A DNA stretch of 64,000 bases, taken from Octopus vulgaris (taxonomy: Eukaryota). The notes below the pieces were generated by a model, which saw nothing but the letters and a program-made list of their open reading frames with translations, made no database searches and had not been told where the DNA came from. A program made the position numbers and the translations under genes. The DNA lies in the NCBI GenBank assembly GCA_951406725.2, contig OX597815.1, forward strand, positions 131,130,001-131,194,000, read 5' to 3'. Each line of letters starts with the position of its first letter. Within the stretch, counting starts at the first letter, position 1. Of the stretch, positions 39,300-53,965 are shown in pieces.

Positions 39300-40200
39300 A
39301 AAGAATGATTCTATTCTATGGTTTGTAGATCATCATTATTAGTGCCTGCTTCATGGGTGGAGTAATTATCCAAACACGTTTGACGTTAACGACATCATTC
39401 CCGTGTGCAATTCAGTGTAGGAACTGAGCTCATAGTTATCAGTTTGTCTTCAACAAAGGCTAGTAGGCTTTCCTCTCTAAGTGCTCAAACCTTTAACCAT
39501 ATTCTTTGCAAACATTTAACCATATTCTTTTCAATCAGCTAAAGTGGAATGGGTGGAGTTTCTGTATCTTCTTGTGTAGCAACTCGCTCTTACTCTAACG
39601 CCATCAATTCTTCCCTGTACATTGTTTGTCTATTGGACTGTAGCAATTCAACCACCTCACTTACGAATTCATTTGCCTGTGTTATAGTAACTTACTGAAG
39701 CTGTTACTTTCTGTAGGGGAAAAACCTGTAAAACGAATGATAGAGTCTAGCCATATATTTTTCCAGTACCATTCATAGCTGAAGGTTTTACTTTATTTCA
39801 TGACTTTTCTATTTTATCCACAGGTTTCGGATTTTCAGTTTGGTACACAAACAGGGGCTTTTATTTTGTATCACCTGTTATAGTTCTTCCAACCAGAAAC
39901 GCCAGGTGGTTTTTGGTAGCTTCATATCTCGATACTGAGTTTTCTTCACTTGGAATAAACGTCCTAGCATGCATGCATTTCCTGAAAAGCTCAGTTTCAC
40001 CGACATTGTTCGGCTGTGTAGTCTCCTTCAGCAATAAAATTTTCAGCTCCCCAGGATAGTTAACAATAGCTTCTGCAACAGCACTTGAAAATTCACCGGT
40101 CATTTTAAAGTTGTGCAAATTAAGGCTTTCAATCTCGCCTTTATTAACCAGTAACAATTTTGCATTATAAGTTGAATTTTCTTCTAAAACTTCAAGCTTT
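39300..40200 (-). mobile_element. Ancient Tigger/pogo transposase relic
   Basis: LHNFKMTGE..SA and NVGETELFRKCMHARTFIPSEE..YEATKNHL match pogo N.DETGLFWK.MP.RT.I..EE..G.KA.KDRL. Confidence 0.7.
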
Positions 40201-43200
40201 TAACTTTCACTTAAAAACAGACATATTTGTCGATACATTACGGTTAATTTTATTGTCGACCCACACACCCAGGAGTCGTTCTATATTAAGCACCACATAA
40301 GATCAATGATAAAACAATGAGGATAAAGCTAAGAGCTATATGAGTACTTGACGGATTTTGTCTTTATTAGCACGAACTTTTCCCACTTACATGTCATAAG
40401 CTTTTGCCTGAGTGCTTATTACTTCGGGCGTAAGCATAGAAATAAATAAATAAGGAAAAGGGTTGAGGAGTGAAGTGGTGGGAAGTGATGTACGATCAAA
40501 CAAGCTGTCGATAGGAGGTATTGGCAAGAATACTGGGAGCAATGAAATATAAACAAGTGTTTGTAGGAGAAAAAAGCGAATAAAATTTAAAGAAATAATT
40601 GGTAGGCTGCAAGCAACAAAACATGTACAAAGAATGAAGACAGAAAATTGACGCGGGGATCAGCCGGGTGTATTGAATATAAATCATTAAAAAAAAATTA
40701 TACAAAGATAGGTATAGTGATTTTAGTTTTGAAATGTGTTAAAATTTATCCGAGATTTCATTAGGGCTATATACTGAATGTAGTGGTCATAATTTATAAT
40801 TTTCTAAGTAGCGAGATACGTAACCGAAGTCCCAGTAACGGAGGGGTGAGATGCCTATATGTATGTACGTGTGTATGCATGTATTATATATATATATATG
40901 TACACACACACATCACCATTATCGCATGAACTTACAATTCCTTGGTCGAATTAGTTTAAAAATGGTGACAAAATGACTATTTTTGATTTACACAATATTG
41001 ATAAATGACTCAACATTTTTAAAAAAGAAGAACAAAGATTAAACAAATATTGGACCTAAAATATAATATTATTCTTAAATATGTTATTTTGTAGGAAAAT
41101 ATGCTTTTTGTTTTCAAAATACTGTACACATTTATTGTAAATGTATTATATTTCTAATCAGTAAACATTTCTAAATTTACAATATTCTTAGTTTCCCTAT
41201 AAGGAACTCAAATGTTCAAATGAGTACGTTCAGAAATAAAGTGACAAACTTATGACCTTTGCAATATGGAATCTCAGGTTTCATGCAAATACACAGTCGT
41301 CAGCGAAGCGGAAAAAACTCAATATTGTAGGAAATTTATTTTGTACGGTTGGCAGCATCTAATTTTGCCAGATCGACAGGCTTAGATTGAAAATCAGGGT
41401 TTAACTTTTAGCCATCTTCCATTTAACAACGAAATTTGAGACTGGCTGCCTTTAAGAATCCTGACAGATAAGCTAGTTCATATTGCTGACTCTGTCGAAG
41501 ATTTATATAATAATAAATTCCAAAATTGAAAGCGAAACCTAGCATGGGGAGTCGTTAAAATAGACACTGTAAAGACTAAAGATTTAGTGAGCAAGAAAGA
41601 AAAGACTTTATTGTCATATGTAAAGTGGTCGCGGTAAATATAGAGAAAAAGAAGACCCGTAGGAATTGGATAAGGCATACCAATAGTAATCAATGGATGC
41701 TTAAAAGTGTATTAGGATAGCAGGGAGGCTGATAGGGAAAATTGAGTTCATATGGTACAGAGGCACACAAATAATTAGTAGCTAATATACACATGAAATA
41801 AATTCTTTCAAGTGTTAGATTTTCTTAAATGTAGTTGATGGTTTTTTTTTCTTTTAGGTTTAATTATCAATAGTGGTGTGTGCCCCGAAAGCATAGCTTC
41901 CAGGATATGAACTGGGATGGAAAGTTTAGGGAACTATCATATTTGCTGAAACAAACTCCATAGAATCTAATCCCGCTTTTCTATGTGAATTTTTCTCTAA
42001 CATCAGTATAGATCATATTGTTGTATACTTGCGTTTGAAATGCATAGCAGCGAAACAAAGGCCTTGGATGCAGAAGACTGGTGAAGGTCGGAAAGAAATG
42101 AAGTGCGAATACTTGTAAGCAAAAATTACGTAGCATAAATGCACTGAAAGAAAAACTGAATAAAGACAAGATGTAGTGTGCAAATGAAAAGCCTGCACTG
42201 ATACGAGCAAATGATGCGAGGGAACACACCAGTTGTGTAATGAAGTTCGGTCACCGTTAGCTGACAGAATCAGTAGGAGATCGAAGAAGACATGTGAAAA
42301 AGTGGAGAAAAACTGATCTTAGATTGTTGAACATCATGAAAGAAGTAACAAAGGAGAGCGACACGTAGTGAAATGCTGTGCTGTACGAAATCAAACCAAC
42401 TATTGCTCTCTTCCCACCCTCTCTCTCATTCTACCTTCGATTACTCTTTCCTCTACCAGTCTCTCGCTTTTATCTCTAGTTTTCTTTTATTACTCTTTTT
42501 CCTGTAATACACCCAGTAATACTCTTTCTTGTGTCATGTTTCTATTGGAAATCATGATCAGCAACCATCATATAGCTGTTTCATCCCATTCTCTTTCATC
42601 ACTCTGTCATGTCACTTTTGTCCCTTTAGTCTGGTTCTCTTCTATCAATCTTTCTTCCCTCATTCTCACACTTTGGTTCTCTTCTCATCCAATAGTGTGT
42701 GAAAGGAAGGAAGAAACAAACTGAGATCATGCAGAAAATTTTCACCTTACTGTTGCCGGAGGCGAGGCAATCTCTCTGTTGCCAGTAAGCGAACGAATGG
42801 AGAGAATCCGGTACTGGAGAGGTTAGAATGATAACCTCTCTGGTGCTGTGGCCACGATAAAATGTAGCTGGCTCGCTCTGTAAAGTGAAATGGTTGACGG
42901 CAGCAAGGACATCCAAACGTAGAAGTTATGTGAAAAATGTGTCTACGTGTGGGACGGGAACCTCAACCAGTTTATGAATTAGAGAAACAAGTAATTTATA
43001 ATCATATTGGCAAAGTATTTCAGTTTTAGATTGAAAATAGTTCAAGAAAATGAATGAAAACAATGAAATAAGAAGATTAAAAAATGTTGTTAGAATTGTA
43101 GATTAGTTGTATATCTTTAAAGTGAAAAAAAAATATATATATAGATTGTTGTTTAACCGCAGCTGGCCATGTTTGAGCAGATTAATGTAAGATAGATTGC

Positions 43201-43269
43201 TGTTTAGCCTCTAGTTACGCTGGATAGCGCGGGCATAATGAATAACGTAACGATGTATATTATAGTTAT

Positions 43270-43643
43270 AATGTGTGAAAAGTCTGGCTGCATCCGAAAA
43301 ATATATATTATAAAACAAAAATAAACACAAAATTTATTACACGAATCTGTTACCACCACGACAGTCAACTATTTGACGCCGAACACGAGTTTGATGTTGA
43401 ATACATCCACGAATTTTCTCCTCAGATAGCTCTTCCCAAGACTGCAAGACGGCTTCGTGCAATTCATGCCTCACTAATTTGTTCACCTCGCCTGCGAGCC
43501 ATCTAAAGTTAATAATGATTCTGCTAATTCCACGTGTAAACATGTGTTGAATAGAACTCACTGAATAAATCTTAATTAACTGTGTTGTCAATTGTATGCA
43601 CCTGACATATGCTAACGTATGCAGCCAGACTTTTCACACAGGA
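43270..43643 (-). mobile_element. Tc1-like deletion derivative
   Basis: TIRs TGTGTGAAAAGTCTGGCTGCAT / ATGCAGCCAGACTTTTCACACA; internal WEELSEEKIRGCI...RQIVDCRGG transposase tail. Confidence 0.8.
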
Positions 43644-44065
43644 TATATACAAACGAACAGCAGCATTAGCTTGCTCAGAATGTTATCGATGGGAAGTCAG
43701 ACTCGGTGTTTCGACTTTATTTAGTCTCTCCGGTGGCAAATGCATGTGGACATTCTGATTTAAACTGAGAAATATTCGTTCCGATGTAGAAAACAGTAAA
43801 CAAAGCATTCACTGATTTGTTCAAAAGCTGACTAAGCTCGAATTAAATTAATATATACACTCGGAACAGCCTTACTCTAAAATAGCGACGTGCGTGATAT
43901 TTATGTGTACATAAACGTTTAACTACACTAGTAGTAATATGTCCAGAGAAATTTCTGAAAAAGACTTGTGTGAAAAAACATTTTGAATAATTGCTTAGAA
44001 TATTGTCAACAGATCGTTAGACACAGTGTTTCATCTTCAGTGACAAATTCTCCGAAGAAGTATAT

Positions 44066-44164
<99 letters not shown>

Positions 44165-44216
44165 GTAATATTTAAGAATTGATGTTACTCCTCCAGAAGG
44201 TAAAGAAACAATAAGT

Positions 44217-44461
44217 GTGCGACTGTTATTGAATGAACAATATTTCGACACTTCGTGTGTCTTCCACAAGTTCAAGATTTCAACTTTTGGTATAAGGCCT
44301 GCAAGGTCGGGAGATGGTGTAAGTCGATTACATCGAGTCTAGTGCTCGGCTCCGAAAGTCGACCTCAGTGGGATTTCAACTCAGAACGTAAGACGGACGA
44401 AACTCACGCCGTGGGAGACACACGAAGTGCCCAAATATTGTTCATTCAATAACAGTCGCAC
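44217..44461. mobile_element. MITE-like element with ~50-bp inverted arms enclosing a SINE-B fragment
   Basis: GTGCGACTGTTATTGAATGAACAATATTT...CCAC is the reverse complement of 44411-44461; lies between (AAT)n and (CTT)n tracts. Confidence 0.7.
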
Positions 44462-44543
44462 TCCTCTTCTTCTTCTTCTTCTTCTTCTTCTTCTTCTTCT
44501 TCTTCTTCTTCTTCTTCTTCTTCTTCTTCTTCTTCTTCTTCTT

Positions 44544-44574
<31 letters not shown>

Positions 44575-44750
44575 ATAATAATAATAATTATAGGAAAAAT
44601 ATTTTGAAATTAATAAATTATCATGTAAACAGCGAGAATCAACGACTATTTACAAGTTATACTTGGTGGATATCAGCACGCTAATAATTCGTTTGCCGAA
44701 TTCATAAACAAAAGTCAAAAAGAATTGTTAGATTCATTAGTCCGTGTTAC

Positions 44751-44828
44751 CTTTGGCTGAGGAGGCACAGCAATGTTGAAATACCGCGTGTCCTCAAGGA
44801 TTCGAATCTGTTATGAATGCGCATTCAT
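44751..44828 (-). other. Candidate exon, 78 bp
   Basis: Acceptor CTTTTCCTTTCAG| and donor AAG|GTAACA; ATG at 44824 opens MRIHNRFESLRTRGISTLLCLLSQ. Confidence 0.3.
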
Positions 44829-47634
44829 CTGAAAGGAAAAGTTGATCTTCAACGTCGAAATACAATAGCAATAGGCATATTCATGTCGGAATTTATTAAG
44901 AATGAATATGTATGCCATCATTCGTCTTCCGAAACAGTTAAACAAATTTTCTAGTATTAATTTTCAGCATACCGAAAAAGAAATTTCAATAGGCTATTTT
45001 GGAACTAATGATAGTTGGCAAGAAGATTGATCTGGTTAAGAGATATAAATTTCATGGTCTTCCTGGTCTTTTGTAAAGCAGTGTATGATTGACTGAACAA
45101 GATGTAAACATGTTGAGCAAAAGCCAAACTATCTATTCAAACAAGCATAAAAATTTGTGGCTTCAGAAAAAAAATTATTTTGTCTATGTTATCAGGATGA
45201 ATGCTTTCAATAATAACTATTAATGTTAGAGAAGAAAAGTCATTATTTTAGAATTTGTAGTAAATAGTTTAAGACTGCAGTCATCCAAGCTTCAGCTGAT
45301 GTTTTTAATGATGACGAGAATATAACTATGTTAATACTTTTATATTAAGTTCAAGCAACTGAATGATTTAAGGTCCTGAACATCAGCATTATCATGTCAT
45401 CATGACACACCTCACATTGAAATATGCTATAATAGGATTAGATTTAATAAAAACCTGAACAGATATATGCATATATTGAGTACTGGAGCATAGCTTATAT
45501 AAAATCTCTGGATACAACGTTGTTTTATTTATATATATTTATCTTCTGGCTTTTAATGCGGGATTCAAAGCCTGCAAATAAATGCGTATGATTCGTTTAC
45601 GTTTTGTTCTAAAGAATAAATTTAATATTTGCGGGCGTTTTGACATAGTGGCTGGGATGTTGACCTTGCGATATTAACTTTGTGCGCTCGCCTTCAAGAG
45701 AGAGCAGAACATTGTCCTCGAAGAAAACCTTTTATTTCATGTTATTATCTCCTCAGCTGAAATTGAGCTGAAATATCCCAAAGGTGGCGAGCTGGCAAAA
45801 TCGTTAGCACGCCGGGCAAACTGCTTTGCGGAGTTTCGTCCGCTTCACATTCTGAGGTCGACTTTCGCAGACGAGCACTGCAATCATCCAATTATCCATT
45901 TATGATTTTAATGATGACTAAAATTTATAAAACTCACGTTTGAATTATTTGGACGAGAATGCCTTCTCTATGTAGAGACCAGTTGAAGCGGTTTCATGAG
46001 AGAGATATAAGTTATTTATTAGTTTTAAGCTGTTACTTTGTGGATACCCGAACGATAGGAAACTGTTTTATCTACAGAAACCTTACATTAGAATTCAAAC
46101 ATCAATGAAATTTTAGTTGAAGTATTTCAAGTAGTGGTTTCAATTTTTGGCACGAGGGTGAGGAGATAAACTGAATACACCAGCTCCAGTACTTATTTTA
46201 TCAGCCTGATACTTAGTTTATCGGTACTTATCCGGCCTGGTGCTTATTTTATCGGCCCTGAAACGATGAAAGGCAAAGTCGAACTCGGCGGAATTTGAAC
46301 GCAGAACATAAAGTCGGACGAAATGCAGTTAAGTATTTTTCCCGGTGTGCTAACGATTCTGCCAACTCACTGCCTTGTGGGATTATTTAAATACTGATTT
46401 CAAATTTTGGCACAAGGTCAGCAATTTCGGTGAGGGGATAAGTCGATTCCATTGACCCTAGTATTCAAGTAGTACTTATTTTATCGGCTCCGAAGGAATG
46501 CAAGGCAAAGGCGCCCCTGCGACGTTTGAACTTAGAATGGGGCGCCGGAAGAAATGCGAAACATTTTTCTCAACGTGCTAACGATTCTGCCAGCTGGCCA
46601 ACTTGGATATTTTAGATATTAATTATCTAAAATATATTAATTATTTAAAATATATGGTTTCACGTAGGCTTGTATCTAGAGAGTTAGCGTTAATGAGCTT
46701 GGCCGAATGATTGAGAAGTTCCTTCCTCGTCAAATGGTACCGAGTTTAATCCGACTTATTGGCATCTTGGGCAAAATGTCATTTTCTGTAGCCTTGGGTC
46801 ATTCCAACTCTTGTGAATGAAAGTGGGTTGACCGAAACTGTGAAGAAGCCCATCAGATAGATTGTACTCATATTTAATGAGCTGGTAATTCATTCGATTG
46901 AACAACAGGGTCCTCATCATCGAAACCGACGAAGAATCCATTTTAATCAAATGGACTTTACCTGTAATTGAAAAATCCAGCTTTGTCACACTCGTTCTGT
47001 CTGAAATTATGTTAATGGTACATGTGTTTGTGGATTACTCAGCCATATACATTGCTAATTCAACGAGCATGCAGTTCAGTTGATTGAACAACAGAGTCCT
47101 CATCGTCGAAACCGACGAAGAATCCATTATGATAAGATGTAAGCAGGTTAATGATGTGGATTTTTATTTGTTTATTTCAGAACATTAACTGCATGTAGTT
47201 GATCAAGACACAAATAAAAAAAAGACCAATGACACAAAGAAAAAGCAAACAAAAACTACACAAAACAATCTGTGTATCAGAATTAAACTAATGTTTATAT
47301 AATCATAATTTATAAAAGTAGCTGACATTATGTGCATGGACGTTTGATAATATCAGCAAAACCAAAAAAAAAGTAATAAAAATTAAAAATTTAAAAACAA
47401 TATTTCAATGGCTTTTGCAAAATAAATTAAAACTTGTTGAGTCATAATGATACATAAGTGAATATCGATTTGAGAAATCGATATAAACATTACCAGATTA
47501 ATAAAGTTGTTCGTTTGGATTGTGATCAAGATACAACTAAAAGCATTTCGTATGCTAAAACGTTTTAAATCTCTTGTATTTTGAAGTTGTTCTCTTATAG
47601 ATAGAATAAGACAGCGATGAATTATAAATTGTCA

Positions 47635-47900
47635 TCTGTATATATAAAAGGCAGAATGTGTGTGTGTGTACGTGAGTGTAATTTATGCACGCCCACAAAT
47701 TAGCATGTCACTCCAATTTTAGGAGGACATTCGTCATGATCCTAGCTGTATTTTCGTCAACTTATTTTTTTTACTAGAGGCACCAGCGAATAGCAGTAAA
47801 AATTTATTTTCAACCAAAACTTTTAACAATTTTCAAGTTGGAGAAATCATCATTGTTTGCAAACAGGAGTTAAATCCCCTTCTAGCAACGAGTAAATTTT
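47635..47900 (+). mobile_element. Helitron 5' fragment
   Basis: A|TCTGTATATATAAAAGGCAGAATGTGTGTG start typical of non-autonomous Helitrons; no 3' CTAG end identified. Confidence 0.5.
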
Positions 47901-47942
47901 TTGTTTAGACTTTTGTCTGTCTGTCTGTCTATCTATCGATCG

Positions 47943-48050
<108 letters not shown>

Positions 48051-48094
48051 GCCTACCTACCTGTCTATCCATCCATCTCTCTCTCTCTCTCTCT

Positions 48095-48121
<27 letters not shown>

Positions 48122-48125
<4 letters not shown>

Positions 48126-48357
48126 AGAATTCACAAAAACAATCCCCAAAAGACGAACGCAGGTGGTGTATAGAACAAACAAATGTATTAGTTTAACGCT
48201 CGGGAAGTGAAAAAGTCTTTAACGTTTCGAGCCTACGCTCTTCCACAGAAAGGGACATAGAAAGAAACAATGAAAGAAAATAAAGAATGTGTAGTGGATA
48301 GCGGTCTATCATGGCGAATGCCGGACAGAAGGGTCGCACAGGAGAGCTAGGAAGATG

Positions 48358-48360
<3 letters not shown>
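48122..48360 (-). mobile_element. (TA)n-embedded Penelope-LTR-like element with hammerhead-like motif
   Basis: Flanked by (TA)n on both sides; same family as 62231-62425; contains CTGTGGAA-GAGC-GTAG-GCTC-GAAACGTT. Confidence 0.65.
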
Positions 48361-48393
<33 letters not shown>

Positions 48394-48959
48394 GAATAAT
48401 ACTCTATTTTAAGGTATTTAAGCATTTTTACGACTGTTACTACAACTAACATAAATGATTATTTTCAGCTTTTTTGTCGCACATACGATATACCTGCATT
48501 AAAGCTTCAATATGGTGATTAGGAATCACATTAAACAAAAAATAGATAAAGAAGCTATTTCTGAACATTTTAGTCTCTTAGCCATCACCAGTGGAAATAA
48601 AAATATAACCTTTGCCATTGGTTTTTTAGCTCTATAGAGACAGGCTGCCTATATAGAAATGTCCGTAAAAACGTTAAATGAGGCTGGAAATGAGATAATT
48701 GGGGAATTTAATTACAATGAGACGTTGACTGCTAACTGAAGTTGCATTGACATTTAACTTGATCTCATATATTCCTTTCAAAATAGTTTGTCGCTGTTGC
48801 TGTATTAAATTTGTGTAGTTCCTTGAAAATTACTTGACGTTTGTGTGACGTTTAATCTGTACACACTTTTGAAAATTGTCTGCCATTAGTTCCTTGTATC
48901 AGATGAGACAAATAGATTCCTTTTTCCTTTATTTTTATTCTTTTCGTGTCTGTATTTCT

Positions 48960-49400
48960 GATTATTCTACAGAAATAAACAGGCTTATTGGAGAATTCTG
49001 TGCATAAAATATTTGTTATGTAAAAAAGGGGTAGATTGATCTCTAACACTACAGCTTATTGACGCTTGCAAAACTTTGGTCGAGTGCTGCAATTTACAGC
49101 ACAAGTTGCATGCACGGTCCTTTGGTCTGGTGTAACATCTTTTCAAGCCACAGCTATTGCATTTCAGCTGCTTCATGGGTTTGATGCATCAGGTTTCAAT
49201 TGGATACAACTTAAGCTGCAAGCTCTGCATCGCCCAGTATAAGCCGTACAACCTTCATCAAGACGCACGTATCAAGCTCCGACCTTATGCAGCAGGTTTA
49301 CAATTATATCATTTGTAGATTCCCCAGTTATTACAAATTACACATCTTTCGACTAATTACATGGAGAAGACATCTCTGTAGCTGCCCTGTGCAGCTATTA
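48960..49400 (-). mobile_element. Degenerate Gypsy-like gag zinc-knuckle relic
   Basis: KCNSCG...PKDRACNLCCKLQHSTKV resembles Gypsy gag C..CG...CPAKD..C..C.K.GHFAKVC. Confidence 0.45.
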
Positions 49401-51392
49401 ACATAACAAAAAAATAAAGTTATGGACACGTGGCTTGCTACACCTTACAGGAAGTTTAGTACAAGAAAGTGACATTGCGAATTAATAAATTTACATTATT
49501 AGTGGAGGTACGTGACTTTGTCAGAGTACAGAAATTTAGTTCTTTTTTTAGGGTGGAGTAAAATAAAACCAGCCAAATGGTAAGCCAACCATCTGTAAGT
49601 CAAAAGAAATCGGCATCTAGCATTTTTATTCACAAGGCCTGTAATACTTAATTAGGTATTTGAAAGCATGATACAAAAATGGTAAGACATTTATCAAATG
49701 GTTTAATGACATCTACTTAACTACACATATAGGAGAGTGCGTTTGTACAATGGACAGTTAAGTATGCGCACAGAAGTAACAATATGTGGGTACTGGCGCA
49801 TAAAATGTTTTACTTCATTCTATGTTTAATTTTTCTTATTCTTCTTATTTTCCTTAATTACTTCCTGTCGTTGTCTATAAAGTCGCAACGGAATCCGTTT
49901 CTCATCATTCCTGCCCAACGGCTTAAACATACGGTCACTAACAACATGCTGTATTAAAACCGAGCAAAATAGAGTTTATTTAACGAAATACTCCCATAAG
50001 ATCACCTGACGAGGCGCTCCTGCACCGATGGATGCACCACAAACATTTGTACAGTATGCCAACTGCACGGGATCGCTGTGCGATCGGTCGAAAAGATCAC
50101 TGCGGGCAATAAAGTTTACAGTGTGTACCATTTTCCGTCATACACTGTCTCAACATACACTGAGGAATTCCTGTGCTAGATCCAGTGATAATTGTGTAAA
50201 TGCTATGGATGACGTCAGGTAGCCATAGGCAGTGAACATGCTTAATCAGCTTACCATTAGGAATATACCCAACACTTAAATATATACATATGTATATATA
50301 TATAGATGTATAGTAAGCTAGTAACAAACTACAGTGAAAGCTGAATTTCCGTTGACGACGGATAAGGATACAGAAGCATTCAGAGTTGTTTCCCTTGCTG
50401 TTTCGATCAGAGAATAGAAGTAATTCTCCATTTGTTTCCTCTAATTACAATATTCAATTGCACTCAGTTAATTTTTGAGACGGAAAACCTTGAAAATAAC
50501 AAATTTCAGTTATATTATTTAAACATATTGTCAGCATACCTTTACGATACATACATACATACATGCATACATACATACATACATACATACATACATACAT
50601 ACATACATACATACATACATACATACATACATACATACATACATACATACATACATACATACATACATACATACATACATACATACATACATACATACAA
50701 ATCCCACGATATCGTAGAAGCCATAGCCACTCATAATGAAAAGGAATACTGGTGGAATGTACCAGTAAAGACCTCAATAAAATGTATGTACAGCAGACCT
50801 GAAATCATGATTTGAGATAGAGAAGAAAATCTGTGCACAGTTGTGAAAATTAGCTGCCCAGCGGATGCTAATAAAGCTAAAAATCAGTGAAAAAGAAAAT
50901 AACTATGCTGAACTAATGAGAAATCTGAAGTTACTCTATCCAGATTACAGGTTCAGGTTTATACCTGTAATTATAGGAGCCCTGGGATATGTAACACACT
51001 GCCTAAATACCAATCTTGAGAAATTAGGCTTCTTAAAACCAGAAAGGAAAAAGCTAATTCGAAGTCTGCAGATCCAATCCATCACTGGAACTATATATCT
51101 GTAAAACTTTTCAGAAGTTTATCATTTAAATATTTATGAGCATGTCTAGATATGCAACTATATACATGAGAATACATACATAAAACATAAAAATCTGCAC
51201 ATACATACATACATACATACATACATACATACATACATACATACATACATACATACATACATACATACATACGTACGTACATACATATGTACATACATAC
51301 GTACATACATGCATACATACATGCATACATAGATACATGCAAAAATACCCTGTTGATGTTGTTGAATTTCCAATGAAGAAACTTTGGATCTA

Positions 51393-52641
51393 CAGGTGTT
51401 GGACAAAATAATGAAAACACCTTAGAATTTCAAACTAATTTAATTTTATATGGGGTAGAACCGCCTTTGACAGTAATTACAGCTTGAATTCTACGAGCTA
51501 TGGACTCGTACAAAGTTTGAATTTTTTTGAAAGGAATTTTTATCCATTCTTCAGCTAAAACAGTCTCAAGTTCTTGTAGTGATCCTTACTTGTTTTTCTA
51601 AAATGCACCATAGATGTTCAATAATATTGGGATCTGGGGACTGTGGTGGCCTGATAAGGTGTTCAACTTCACTAGAATGTTCCTCGTGCCATTCAGTAAC
51701 AACTTTAGCTATGTGAATTGGTGCATTATCATCCTGAAAGACTGCGTTTCCCTCCGGAAGCAGTTCCACAAATATAGGATGAATTTGATCAGATAAAGTG
51801 CTTAAATAGTCTTGACTATTAATTCTCCCATGAAGGGAAACCATTAGGCCGGCAGATTTCCAAGATATAGCATCCCCTCCCAGATCATCACAGTTCCTCT
51901 TCCATGTTTGACAGTTGGAAGAAGGCAGTCTGGGTCAAATGCTTCTTTTGGCTGTCTCCACACGTATACTCGGCTGGTGGTCGGAAATAAGGTAAAGGAT
52001 GACTCGTCTGAGAAAATAACATTCTTCCACTGCTCTAGGAACAAATTCTGCAGGTTTTTACTCCACTCTAAACGCTTTGCAACGTTTTGTTTTTGGAAGT
52101 AGTGGTTTTCTGATTGGAGCCTTTCTGTGAAATCCGGTTTTGTGCAACTCCTGACAAACAGTCTTTTGTGGAAACTGTGTTCTCGAGGGGGTGATTAAGC
52201 TCTGTAGTAATTTTGGGAGCTGTACTTTTGTGGTCCTTTCTAACAATTCACGTAAATATCAGAAACTTTTGGTTTTCTCCCGGAGTTTTGCTATGACGAG
52301 GAGGTTTTTCCCTCTTTCTCAAACGCTGTCATTAATTTCGAGACAGTACTTCTTGATACACCAAACATTTCGGTTGTTTTCGTTACGCTAGCGCCTACCA
52401 TACGAGCATCAACAATTTGACCTCTTTGAAAGTTCGATAGATCTGTCATTTTAATGAATTTTAATTACCTTATTCTGATGATATCAGAAAAGAAACAGTA
52501 ATTTTAGTAAATCATATAAAGCAACACTAATAATAAATAAAAAAAAAGCATAAAAATGAACAAGCTTTTGACGGTTTTATAGATATTTGAAAATTATGAT
52601 ACTCTGATGCTAGGTGTTTCCATTATTTTGCCCAACGTCTG
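51393..52641 (-). mobile_element. Full-length Tc1 (DD34E type) element, inactive
   Basis: TA duplication at 51391-92 and 52642-43; TIRs CAGGTGTTGGACAAAATAATGAAAACACCT / AGGTGTTTCCATTATTTTGCCCAACGTCTG. Confidence 0.95.
51430..52449 (-). pseudogene. Tc1 transposase pseudogene
   Basis: Starts MTDLSNFQRGQIV; motifs VIFSDESSF, PTVKHG, FQDDNAPIH, PPQSPDPNIIEHLW; several frameshifts and stops. Confidence 0.93.
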
Positions 52642-53911
52642 TAGATTTGAAACCGGCTCTTTCTTTGTTGGCAAGAAGTTTTTGAAATAGAACTGAATAA
52701 TGGCATACATACATACGAACATGCGTATGCACGTATGTATGTATGTATGTATGTATGTATGTATGTATGTATGTATGTATGTATGTATGTATGTATGTAT
52801 GTATGTGTGTGTGTATGTATGTATGTATATATATCCTTTCTATTTCTCACATCCATATCATTCTTCATCTAAATGGATTCAACACTCCACAATCTTTTAC
52901 TTTTCATCCTCGCCATTGTATAAACCTACCTCTTGATCCCAAATTTAATACATTATCCTAATATTCTTCCACAAAAATTTTATTGCTGTCACGTTCTTTC
53001 TCTCATTACGTAAGCCTTTTGCTGTAACACTAAATTTAAACAATTTAAAGCGAACGTTACCAATACTAAATAACGCCAGTCTAAAAATAATAGACACACA
53101 CACACACACAACACACGCACATAATTGAAATGCAAATATGTGTTTGCAGGTATCTCGTCAACAGAAGAAAATAAACATAAGTATGTTTTCTTTTTCTTTT
53201 TTCCTTTACAACAAAGTTTTAAATCTTTAAAGCACAAGAACGAGAAGTAACAAAACTTGCTAGCTTCTTGTGTTAATACATTTTTGGTTGAAAATGATTA
53301 AGAAAAACGCATAAATCATACTAAATGTTTTACGAAGACATCATCAACGTGAATATGAGACTTTTGGAAATTTTGTGCTTTTGTTTTATGAGTTTTTGCA
53401 AAATAATATTTTATTAACATACAGGTAACTTGAATTATTTGTTCAGCTTCATTTCATAAGCCTGCAGAATATATATTTCATAGAATTCTAGATTATAACA
53501 ACACAATATTTTTTGTTTAATATGTCTGGCACAATATCAAAATGTTATCTCATTTATCAGGTAAATGCAGGTGCTTCTGATATTTCTTAGTCATTCCTCT
53601 AAATAAGAGAAATTATTATCATAGAAATACTTACGCTCAAACAAAGTCTTTTTGTTTATATTTTGCTTTCAAAATCATTAAAGTGCTTATGCCAAACGTA
53701 TCTTTTACTTGTTTCAGTCATTTGACTGTGGCCATGCTGGGGCACTGCTTTGAATAATTTTTAGTCGAAGGAATCGACCGCAGTACTTAGTTTCCTTTTT
53801 AAAAAGTCTAGTACATGGCTCTATCGGTCTGTTTTACCGAACCGCTGAGTTAAACACTCCAACATCGGTTAAGTGGTGGTGGTAGACAAACGCAACACAG
53901 ACACAGACACA

Positions 53912-53965
<54 letters not shown>

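Larger units (their letters stand above)
50698..52703 (+). mobile_element. RLE (R4-like) LINE 3' fragment in (CATA)n, interrupted by Tc1
   Basis: KEYWWNVPVKT..RPEIMI*DRE..ISCPAD, KENNYAEL, FIPVIIGALG; the 3' UTR resumes at 52642 after the Tc1; (CATA)n on both flanks. Confidence 0.85.
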
